Positions 1 through 10,017 of a stretch of DNA of 64,000 nt are shown one piece after another; within the stretch, counting starts at the first letter, position 1, and each line of letters opens with the position of its first letter. The DNA lies in the NCBI GenBank assembly GCA_032718475.1, contig JAUCBJ010007426.1:62001-126000 (forward strand). The letters run 5' to 3'. A program made the translations under genes and the position numbers. Below the pieces are notes generated by a model. That model saw only the letters and a list, made by a program, of their open reading frames with translations. It ran no database searches and had not been told where the DNA came from. This DNA comes from Nemertoderma westbladi. Taxonomy: Eukaryota > Animalia > Xenacoelomorpha.

Positions 1-213
1 TGCTGTGGACTTTTTACTTCATAACAAATATCAATTTTATTTGATTAAAGAAAATGAATGAATGGATACTAATGTTGTAAAGCCTAGACCCAGTGTCGGA
101 GAATCAATTACATTATCACAATAGAAGTATCAATTCGATAATGCGTCAAAGTAACAAATAGTGTGAAACCAAAATCCAATAAGTGAAGCAGTATATTATC
201 AGTCAGTACGTGG

Positions 214-462
214 CTACAATGGGTCGTCATTATGACGATCTAAGGACATAGGTAGATCACAGACACAGTCAACCACAATTTTGAATAATATTGGCGCAAG
301 TGTATCACCCTGGATGACTTCCCATAAAACTTCTAATTGATCTGTATCACCGTCGACAAAATGTCGTCGAACCATCGTATAGTGATCTTTTATTGATACA
401 AACCAGGTTCGAAATGATTGAGATTTAATGGGAATTTGAATGGTTCGAAAATCACTCTCCAT
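214..462 (-). pseudogene. Non-LTR retrotransposon (LINE, RTE-like) reverse transcriptase fragment
   Basis: Translation contains DGDTDQLEV..VIQGDTLAPILFKIVVD, resembling the GVxQGDxLAPxLF motif of LINE RTs. Short and degenerate. Confidence 0.65.
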
Positions 463-625
463 ATAAAGAAAGGTTAAATAAAAAAATACTGAAATAAATC
501 ACATCAGCGACTTGTGACACGTCAGATCTACTAGCCAATCGCAGCCGATTTTCAAAATTATGTTCGCTCGCTTACTTAAACCCGCCATTTCGACATTTTC
601 TTCATGTTTTTACATTAATACACAC

Positions 626-1778
626 TGTAAAAGCTTCTGTGGGATATAACTGGCCCTTTTGCTTCGCAATCCAGTTTCCCCCCTAGGCGCTGGAATACTC
701 TAAAAGGCTCTATAACTATATATATATTCCCCTCGCCCGCAAGGTACCGTTATAGGTGTTTTAACGGACATAAAAGTCATTCTGCTATATACGTGTTTTG
801 GCGGACATGGTAAGGCAAAAAACCTGCAATGCACCAAATACCTTTCACAGCTTAGCCGTGATGATTCATATTACGACATCTAACAGCTGGTTGCTGACAT
901 GGAAACAGCCATTGGCCACATGGTTCTTTGTTTAGCTTAAGCCAATCAGAGCGATTTTTTCTGTCGATGTGGAGCTTTTCGGCCGATCATACTAGAAATT
1001 ATAGAGCGTATAACTGTTATCAACTCACATATCTTATCTAATCATAACAACTGATCGCAATTCAGTTTTACATTATCGGTTCAATATACATTATTATACT
1101 GCTGTTTACTATTGTTTGGTTGAATATTATTTGGAGAACATTTATAAAGAACCCAAATTTCCCAATTTTCTTGATACACTACAGGTTAGAGAGGCGGGTT
1201 ATATATAGCGATTGCGATTTATATTATTGTGTATGTAGTGAATTTAATGCTATTTGATAAGCACTACATTGGTCCGTTGCTGTTCTCTTTATATATGATA
1301 AAAATCATTGACGGTCGGCAAATTAGTGAGCAGTATTGTATGTTACCGGTAGTGTGCATGATTGTGACTGATAACTAAGCATTTCCTAAAGAATGCGCCT
1401 CATACGTGAATCATAAGCCTTACCGACTTACCATTGTGATTAGTATAAGTCATATCTCTGTTTACCTAAATAGAGCGCCACGTCCTAAAGGAACTGTTAA
1501 TATTTCCCGAAAGTGAATAATATTAGTCAGAAATTAATTATTAACGATCAATCGAATAATACAGTACAGTAAGCTTACACTGCAATAATAATCTAAGCCC
1601 TCAGAATCCAGTCTCCCGGGAATATCCAGCGGGTGAATGGACGCGCACTAGGCTGGCTTCTGCTAATGTTGTGTTTATTGGTATTAAATATTTGTTATCT
1701 TCTAAAGTCTATTTATAAACCAAAAGACATATAAATTTTGGCAGGTTAAACTGCTAAAGGTCTTCAAAAGCGCGTACA
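626..1778 (+). repeat. E1 5' LTR
   Basis: TGTAAAAGC...GCGCGTACA. Near-identical to 16728-17880 (about 6 substitutions by eye). Confidence 0.97.
1010..1020 (+). promoter_or_regulatory. E1 putative self-primer motif ATAACTGTTAT
   Basis: Exact reverse complement of 1779-1789. A CCAAT box (GCCAATCAG, ~941-949) lies ~65 nt upstream. Confidence 0.75.
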
Positions 1779-1789
1779 ATAACAGTTAT
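1779..1789 (+). promoter_or_regulatory. E1 non-tRNA primer-binding site ATAACAGTTAT
   Basis: Abuts the 5' LTR end, has no TGG start, and is complementary to LTR 1010-1020. Confidence 0.75.
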
Positions 1790-1845
1790 TGACTTTATTG
1801 CAGTAAGCAATAAAGTTGAAAGTACCGGTCGACCGGTAAACCTGA

Positions 1846-1972
1846 ACCGGTACTTCTGTAGGTCAGTAGGCCCAACTGCCAGAACCGGTACTGCTGTAGG
1901 TCCGTAGGTCCAACTGCCAGAACCGGTACTTCTGTAGGTCCGTAGGCCCAACTGTCCTAACCGGTACTTCCA
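1846..1972 (+). repeat. ~37-bp tandem repeats in the E1 leader
   Basis: AACCGGTACT(T/G)CTGTAGGTCCGTAGGCCCAACTGCCAG about 3.5 times. Copy number is lower in E3. Confidence 0.85.
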
Positions 1973-2149
1973 GTATAAGTACATTAGTATTATTCGATTT
2001 TGATTATTGTATACCGGTAGGTCTCGATATTAAATCGGGGACGCCTGGTTTTTATTGGGATTTTACTTAGGTCTATTTCTGTCAGTTTTATTTCCTAGTA
2101 AGTTAATATTGAGCTGAAGACGTGTAAGTCTGCTCAGATTGTTCAGATA

Positions 2150-2720
2150 ACTGTAGGCCAGACTGTTGTCGGATTGTTGTTGAGTTTGGAGAGATTGCGG
2201 CGTGTGTAGAGTTTGTCCGATAGAGTGCCAGTTAGTAAGTTGGGGCAGCCATAGCTGTAAGGTCAATCCCCTCTTAAAGAATAAGTCGTACTACCGTGTT
2301 AGAACGCATACTAACTAACCATTTTGGAATCTGCACATACTGTAGTTTATTTAGGCTTGACAGTATTCTGCCAGCGTTTTGGCCTGTGTTTGTTTGTGTG
2401 GTCTGTTCAGGTACCGTAATAGTTATTACTCAGATACTTTGTAGGCTGGATTGTTGTCTAGCTATTATTAGGTCTGAAGAGATTGCTGCGTGTGTAGAGT
2501 TTGTCTGATAAAGTGCCAGTTAGTAAGTTGGGGCAGCCATAGCTGTAAGGTCAATCCCCTCTTAAAGAATAAGTCGTACTACCGTGTTAGAACGCATACT
2601 AACTAACAATTTTGGAATCTGCACATACAGTAGTTTATTTAGGCTTGGTGGTAGTCTGCCAGCGTTTGGTTTGTATTTTGTTTGAGTATTCTGTACGGGT
2701 AGCGTAATATTTATTATTCA
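2150..2720 (+). repeat. ~288-bp tandem duplication in the family A leader
   Basis: GCGTGTGTAGAGTTTGTC...TTTAGGCTTG occurs at 2200 and 2488. Also duplicated in E2 (~39690-40260) and E3 (~52010-52580). Confidence 0.9.
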
Positions 2721-4012
2721 GAGTTTATGCGATTATTCGCAACATTCATGTCCCCAAGTTTATTCCTACAGTAATTGTGTTTGTTATACATACCGTTATA
2801 GTTAAATTAACCCCGGTACTACACGGGCTGCTTGGCGTAGGAAAAGACTGGTGACTTTGTGCTCTGGTCACTCCAGCAGATGCCGTGGTTCTTTTAACTG
2901 TTCAAGTATATTTAACTACTGATTATTTGTTGTACCAGTACTTGTACCTAATTTAGGGTTTAGTGTACAGTGCTTCCCGAGGTAATTAGTGTGTAGGCAG
3001 TATATTTGTGTTGTAAAGTGGTTAATAGGCACGCTGGATCTGGTAGTCCGCGGTAATTAACTTCTAGGTAGGAACACTCCGTGATACATAACGTAGTACC
3101 TATAGCGATACGGTTATAGGTCGTCAGGCGGTGGTATTTTCCTATCTGGACAGTGCAATATATTTACTACTACTTATTATTTCAAATACCGTAGTACCCT
3201 GTCCGTTGTAATAACCAGAATTCTAACCCTTTGTTAGGCTGGTTTGTAGACTTCCTGTAAAATTACCCTAAAATTTCGTACATAATATTTTTGTTGTGTT
3301 TAATTAGAGAATTAATCTCACCCGTATCGTAATTTGTAGTATTAAGTAACTTAGGTAAATTAGAATTATCTGTTTTAGTGTCAAATAAATAGCACTTCAC
3401 TGAGAGCGCACAGCTTCTGTGTAGTGACTCCCCCAGAAATAATAATATTTATTTCAAATATTGACAAAACCCTTTTAAACGGGTATATATCTATTATAAA
3501 TCAACTCAAACGATTTATAAATAGTAGGCCTGCCATACAACAACTAGGTCTCAATATCAGTCAGTTGGACTACTGCTTAAATAACGGTAATAAAGTAAGT
3601 TAAAGTAACCAAGTAACCCTAAAAATATTCAGAAATTCAATTATTCTCAAATAATTGACATACCGGTATTTACCATAGGCTTATTATATTTATCTCTATA
3701 AATTTGTGCTGAAATCATACCGGTACTCTGTAATTAATTCTAGTTCATAATTATACTTATATATACTATCAGTGTAAGCTGTATACCGGTATTCACGATA
3801 GGCCTATTATATATTTATATATATTTGTGCTAAAATTATATACCAGTACTCTGTGACAAACCTAGTTTACAATACTTATATATACTATAAGTGTATACCG
3901 GTATTCTAATATACTGCAATAAATTACCGGTACTAGGCCAACGGTCATACTGAATTACTAGACTTGCTTTAACTGTAACTATAGCAGTAAGCATTCAACT
4001 GTATAGCTAAAC

Positions 4013-7000
4013 ATGTCTGACACTCAGCAAAACCTGTCAGACAGTCTAATCGATACAACCATCTGTGACACAGATAGGAGTGTGGAGCGATTAAGAAAGG
4101 AGTTCAGCTCACCTCCTACTGAAAGAAAGGTCATCCCTCCAGTAGAAGTATCAGACCCTAAGCTAATCCAACACCGTAGGTCTATCATCGGCACTAGGGC
4201 CCAAGTCAAACGGAACCAGGAAGCAGCTGTCCCACAGCAGCAACAGCCTAGTCAAGAAACTTGTTCCCAGCGATCCGATAGCTCCAGTAATTCGGATACT
4301 GTCGAGCTGACCCCCGAACGCGGATTGCAGATGGCGGCTAAAGCCTACTCGGACCCCCTTCTCACCCTTCCTGCCGCAGTGCTAACTACTATATTGATTG
4401 CGGTGGAGGAACATCAAGCCGATTGGGCGAGAAATAAGCGAGCGACCCAAGATAATTATGCGGGATACGCCATGGAAGAATTGATGTCTATTGTCGAGTC
4501 ACAATGGAACTTTCCCGGACCCGGACTCCCGTTAGATCTGTCCGAGGCTACTTGGGAAGATATACACAGGATGGGAGTGGCTAAAGATACGATGGATCCA
4601 GCTATTTGGAAGAGGTCGGCAGCAGGATATGTGCAGGGATTCTTCGGCTCCTTAGAGCGATTAGAAGAACAACTGTTTCGACAACCCCAAGGACCTCAAG
4701 AGCAGGAAGAACTGCTATATCAAGTACGCGAAAGAACCCTACGCATTCGAATAATCCTATCAGCTTTTGAGGAAACTTCCAAAAGAAGACAGGACACGTC
4801 GCTGCAGGTTGCTGTCAAAACTTGGTTCCAGCGGGTAGGTCTCAAAGTACAAAAAACAGACCAGTGGAAATCCCAGTTGTCTGAGAGACTAACCTATGAC
4901 GAACCAACCGATGTCACCCTTCCTCAAGTGGAAGGCGAAGAGACCGCAGAGAGACCACGAACGAGAGATGCCATCGACATATATCTGTCCGACTATCAGC
5001 GATTCCTAGGAGACGAAGAGTTGAGGAGACGGCTGTCTGGACTTTCCCCTAATAGTGAAGGAACCCAGCGTGTGTTAGACTCAATCGATGCTGAAATGTT
5101 AGCTGCTAACCAAGCTGAGTTTGATGAAAAACTCCGCCTCACTAGAGTCCAAGAAGAACTAGTAAAGAAAAAACGGATAGAGGACCGAAAGGCAGCTGCA
5201 GTAACAGCGGCAATGGCAGAAGTAGAAGCAGAAAGAAAGGCAGCGGCGGTAGAAGCAGAAGCAGAAAGAAAAGTAACAGCGGCAATGGCAGAAGTAGAAG
5301 CAGAAAGAAAGGCAGCGGCGGCAGAAGCAGAAGCAGAAAGAAAAGCAGCAAAGGCAGTAGCAGAAGCAGAACGGAGAGCGTCTGAGGAGACCACACAACT
5401 GGAGTTGGAAAATCTTCAAGAGACGCAAGACAACATAAATAAACAGTTAACTGCTAGTCACATGCAGATGATGAGAAGATCTACTCCCAAACGCCAGGGA
5501 TACACCTCATCAGAGGAAAGCGAAACCACCGATCCTGAAGGCGGAGGAAATAGATCTCGTCTAAGCAGGCGTAGAAAAACATCTCACCGTCACAAATTGC
5601 CTGATTTGCCCCCAGCGGTTAGAAGACAACTAGCTAGCCCAGACTTAGGTAGTATAGAACCTACAGACCAAATTATTAAGGTCAAAAGACTCCCTACAAT
5701 AGTTGATGAGCCTGAAATAATTGGGCCTGTCGTTCCCAAAGCCACTACTGTGCTAGAGACCCCTGTACTTCCAGAGCTTAACTCTAAATTCCCTTTACAC
5801 AGTACTACACTGCCTGTACCCGGTAGAACAGTCCATGAGAATATCCCTGTCCTGGAAGCTGAGAGAGAAATCAAAGATTTGTCTCCCGTCGTCCCACGTC
5901 AGCCCGCTACAATGTTGGCGACTCCCGCTTCGGCGGTCGAGTGGGTAGAGGAGGGACGGCGGGGGATGAATCTCCTGCTCGGACAGATGCAGGAGACTGT
6001 CTACCAACTTAAGGGAACAGTAAGGGAAGGTAGGGCAGAATTGCAAGAAGTGCAGCAAAGTATCGCGCTGGAACGCGACAAATTAGTCAATATACAAAAG
6101 GGTATACCAATACCCCCAGTAACATTGTGTCAACCTGTTAGGTCTGAAGTATTACATGCGCAAGGTGTGGAGCCTACACGCATCTATACTGCTAGTGAAG
6201 TAGAAACTCCTATAGCAAACCCTATTAAGGGTGATTATAAACCTGTTGTTAATGATATTCCCTATAGACCCGATAATGATCCGAGAAATTTATATACCGA
6301 TAATTCGATATTAAATAACACGATGGCCCAAGAAAGCTTTACGCGTCAGATGGCTAGAACAGAAGCCCGCCAAGCGGTCAAAGTGGGAGAGATCGTCAAA
6401 TTCAATGGAGATGAGATGAAATGGTTACCTTTCAACGAATATTACAAAGACAGTATACAGAACTCTGTGCTATCTAACGGAGAGAAACTTAGGTTCCTCA
6501 TCAAGTGTTTGGAAGGACCTCCCAAGTTAATGGCGTTAAAGTTTATTGGACATCCAGAAGGATTAAGACAAGTATGGGATACATTAAACATCAGGTATGG
6601 TAACAAGGATAACATAGCTAAGTATTTGTATGCAAAATTAGTAGCCCCCCGACACTTCCTTAGTAGCGGGATTATAGAGTTTTCCGATGAAATTCAGGAG
6701 ATCTGTAGACAATTGGACTGGTTAGGTAAGTCTCATGAACATCAGAGTTCCATGGTTATTGGAGCAGTAGTCTCTACTTTACCCAAGGGTGGAGTATGTA
6801 CACGTTGGGACAACAAAGTGTTGTACATGAATGAACAACAACGACGAAGCCCTACCATGACTGATCTCATGTCCTTCTTAGATGGTGAAGTAAAACTACA
6901 ACTCATCAAGCAGTCCAGAGAGAAAACATCGGAAAATAAGGTAAGTGAGAAACCCGCTTCTAGGAGAAGAGTAACACCGGTGTGTTACACTGACGACGGC

Positions 7001-7513
7001 GAAAGCCAAGCTTTTCAAGAAGAGGACAGCGGGAAAGACACTGAGAGATCTTACTACGTTGAAAAAACCTCAAAAGATGTAAGTAAATACAAGGCTCGAA
7101 ACAACGATAGGAGAGAACAGGTTGCCAAGACCCCTCCTCAGTCTCCTAACAGAATGCACCGAAGAAAACCCGAAGAAAAAACGAGAGTGCATCAAGTTAC
7201 CCAAGGTAAAGTGAGTAACATAAAACCTAACTGTGCGCTGTGCGACGGGACCCACCGTTTGAGTGCGTGTGCTGAATTTCTAAAGAAATCCCTTGTAGAC
7301 AGACGTGCAGTCGTGTGGGACAAGCGGTTATGCTATAATTGCCTCAGACCAGGACACCAACGGCGAACCTGTTACTCCGACATAAAGTGTGCAAAGTGTG
7401 GCGCGAAACATCACATCTTGTTACACAGTGAGTTCGAACGAGACAAACTGAGTCAGGTAAGTGAGCCCGAACTACATGTCCAATTCAGTGATGTAAACGA
7501 CACTGAACATTGA
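4013..7513 (+). CDS. gag: E1 Gag (BEL/Pao), cut off from pol by a deletion frameshift
   Basis: AEAERKA coiled-coil repeats, KFNGDEMKWLPF capsid-like region, and three Cys/His knuckles (CALCDGTHRLSAC, CYNCLRPGHQRRTC, CAKCGAKHHILLH) typical of BEL/Pao. Confidence 0.93.
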   Translation: MSDTQQNLSDSLIDTTICDTDRSVERLRKEFSSPPTERKVIPPVEVSDPKLIQHRRSIIGTRAQVKRNQEAAVPQQQQPSQETCSQRSDSSSNSDTVELTPERGLQMAAKAYSDPLLTLPAAVLTTILIAVEEHQADWARNKRATQDNYAGYAMEELMSIVESQWNFPGPGLPLDLSEATWEDIHRMGVAKDTMDPAIWKRSAAGYVQGFFGSLERLEEQLFRQPQGPQEQEELLYQVRERTLRIRIILSAFEETSKRRQDTSLQVAVKTWFQRVGLKVQKTDQWKSQLSERLTYDEPTDVTLPQVEGEETAERPRTRDAIDIYLSDYQRFLGDEELRRRLSGLSPNSEGTQRVLDSIDAEMLAANQAEFDEKLRLTRVQEELVKKKRIEDRKAAAVTAAMAEVEAERKAAAVEAEAERKVTAAMAEVEAERKAAAAEAEAERKAAKAVAEAERRASEETTQLELENLQETQDNINKQLTASHMQMMRRSTPKRQGYTSSEESETTDPEGGGNRSRLSRRRKTSHRHKLPDLPPAVRRQLASPDLGSIEPTDQIIKVKRLPTIVDEPEIIGPVVPKATTVLETPVLPELNSKFPLHSTTLPVPGRTVHENIPVLEAEREIKDLSPVVPRQPATMLATPASAVEWVEEGRRGMNLLLGQMQETVYQLKGTVREGRAELQEVQQSIALERDKLVNIQKGIPIPPVTLCQPVRSEVLHAQGVEPTRIYTASEVETPIANPIKGDYKPVVNDIPYRPDNDPRNLYTDNSILNNTMAQESFTRQMARTEARQAVKVGEIVKFNGDEMKWLPFNEYYKDSIQNSVLSNGEKLRFLIKCLEGPPKLMALKFIGHPEGLRQVWDTLNIRYGNKDNIAKYLYAKLVAPRHFLSSGIIEFSDEIQEICRQLDWLGKSHEHQSSMVIGAVVSTLPKGGVCTRWDNKVLYMNEQQRRSPTMTDLMSFLDGEVKLQLIKQSREKTSENKVSEKPASRRRVTPVCYTDDGESQAFQEEDSGKDTERSYYVEKTSKDVSKYKARNNDRREQVAKTPPQSPNRMHRRKPEEKTRVHQVTQGKVSNIKPNCALCDGTHRLSACAEFLKKSLVDRRAVVWDKRLCYNCLRPGHQRRTCYSDIKCAKCGAKHHILLHSEFERDKLSQVSEPELHVQFSDVNDTEH

Positions 7514-10017
7514 ACACTGAACCAACTTCCAACGTAGGAATCAGAGAATTTCCTGTAGTGCAGGTAAGAGTTCACGGTCTTAACAAAAGTTACATAGTGA
7601 ACGCCCTCCTTGACTCCGGCAGCACAGGAACATTCATCGATCAAGAACTAGCCGAAGATATCTTTGCTGGACAACCCAAGTTCCGGACTAAATTGAATAT
7701 GTCAGGAATTATGCAGGTTTGGAAATCTACCCTAACGGCAGATTACTATGTAGGTGTGTTGTCCACCCCCCAGGATAAGTTAGGAGCACAAGGTATAAGG
7801 TCGGTAAAAATGGTGGCTATAAAGAACTTCGCCACTACTCAAGCAGACCTTTATAATTGGGACGAGGATGAGAGCATCCAACATCTTAAGATACCTCGAT
7901 TCCAGACAGATTATCCTGGAGTGCAAATACTCATCGGCCAAAATGCGCACGAGGCGCTCGAAACATTAGAGAAACGGCCTGCTCAACCGCAGCCACTGCA
8001 AACCTATGCGGTAAGAACTAGAGTAGGTTGGTACTTTACTGGCCCTTCCCGCAGGACTCTCGAAGAGAGAAGGCCACAAGAACGAGTATACCAGGTGAGT
8101 GATTGGAGCGAGGAGAGCAGTGAGGTTGATGAACTAACTGAGGGAACACCATACTCCTCAGATAATGACGACATCTACCAACTCTTCGATGAAGAGAACA
8201 CAATCGACCTACTTACAGAAAACCAAACTTGGAAAAATCAGGTGAACCTATGTCAACTGATTCGCCCATCGGAACCCATCGCTTACAATGACGAACTAAA
8301 CGATGAGATAGAACGCTACAACGCTAGAACTCGGGACGAACTAGCCGTACGATTCTTTACTCAGGAACTGGTAGAGCCCAATTCATATGATAAGGCTCTA
8401 TCGATAGAAGAAGAAAGAGCCAAGCAAATCCAGGAAACAACTACACGTTTTTTAAAAGACCAAGGTAGGTATGAAATCGGCCTACCATTTCGAAAACGAG
8501 AACCTAGATTTATAAATAACAGACCCTTGGCAGAGAAAAGAATCGCTCAATTACATCGACGACTTACAGCTAATGCTGCAGCGAAAGAAATGTACCAAAC
8601 TCAGCTGAAGAAATTTATAACAAAGGGATACGCGGAGCGAGTACCGGAAGGAACACCAGTGACCGAGAGAACGTATTACTTAACACATCATTACGTTCCC
8701 AAACCCGGTAAACCCCATGAAGTACGAGTCGTATTCGATGGCTCTGCTCTATATATGGGCCAATCCCTCAATTCCGAGTTGTTACCAGGACCCAACTTAC
8801 TCCAATCTTTGTTGGGAATACTTTTGAGATTAAGACAATATTCCATCGCGTTCGCCTCCGATATAGAAGGAATGTTCTTACAAGTCAAGGCGCTGGATAG
8901 AGATAGAGACAGCCTGAGATTTCTGTGGTGGCCTGAAGGAGACCTCAATCAGAAACCGGTAGAATATTGGATGACCATCCAGGCTTTTGGAATCATATCA
9001 AGCCCTTCCAACGCCTGCTCCGTGGTGCGAACCACTGCGAATGACAACCGAGACTCCTTCTCAAAAGAAGTGATAGACAATATAAAACGCAATATATACA
9101 TGGACGACAATTTAAGGTCCCTTCCATCAGTAGAAGAAGCCAAAGCTGTCGCGAAAGGAACGGTAGAGTGTTTGAAGAGAGGTGGATTTCGACTGACGAA
9201 ATTCACTAGCAACTCCCGTGAGTTTCTGGAAGCCATACCGGTAGAAGACCGAGGAACGAAAGACCTAGACTTAATAAAGGACGATCTTCCTGAAACCAAG
9301 ACGCTAGGCTTGAAGTGGGACACTGAAAGAGACATCCTGTTTTTTCAGTTAAAACAGCGAGATAATCCAGTTCGGACCAAACGGATTTGTTTAAGCATCC
9401 TGAGCACTTATTTCGACCCATTGGGATTTATTAGCCCAGTTATATTGATTGCTCGGAGTTTAGTACAACAAATGTGGCTTGAAAACCACTCATGGGACGA
9501 TCCGCTTAAGGGAGAATTGTTAAAGACATGGATGAAATGGGAAGATTCTCTACCTGCCATCGAGAACTTTATAATTTCCCGTGCATATTTTGGCCATGTT
9601 CTTCCTACGTATTCCTATCAACTCCATGTGTTTGGAGATGCCAGCGACATGGGAATAGGTATAGTAGCATATCTGCGAGTCGAAACTCCGGATGGGATCA
9701 AAGTCGCCTTGGTTACCTCTAAGGCATTGATTAACAACAAGTTAAAGGTTCCTCGAGCGGAGTTAAAGGCAGCTTTATACGCTACAGCCATCGGCCGGAA
9801 CGTAACGGAACAAATCGACTATCCGCTGGAGAAAACGGTTTATTGGACCGACGCTTTACTCGTGTTGGAGTATCTAACCAATGAAGTCTGTCAGTTCAGC
9901 GTTTTAGTTACTAACCGAGTAGCTATTATTCTTAGTCGCACAAAGATAGATCAATGGAGACATTGCCCTGGTACGATTAATCCAGCCGATATCGCCTCCA
10001 GGGGAACAACTCCATAG
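7510..10017 (+). pseudogene. pol: E1 pol part 1: aspartic protease, RT, RNase H
   Basis: ALLDSGSTGTFI, FASDIEGMFLQV, YMDD, LHVFGDAS, VPRAELKAA. Ends at TAG where E2 has AAG. Confidence 0.93.

Noticed and set aside
4996-5428. Leu-rich and Cys/Phe-rich antisense ORFs (also 36991-37358 and 54505-54834)
   Set aside because: Shadow frames of the AEAERKA repeat.
7510-7513. Programmed gag/pol frameshift in E1
   Set aside because: E2 and E3 read through this region in one frame. E1 has a deletion here.
10015-10017. Stop-codon readthrough before integrase
   Set aside because: E2 has AAG (Lys) at this codon, so this is a simple nonsense mutation.
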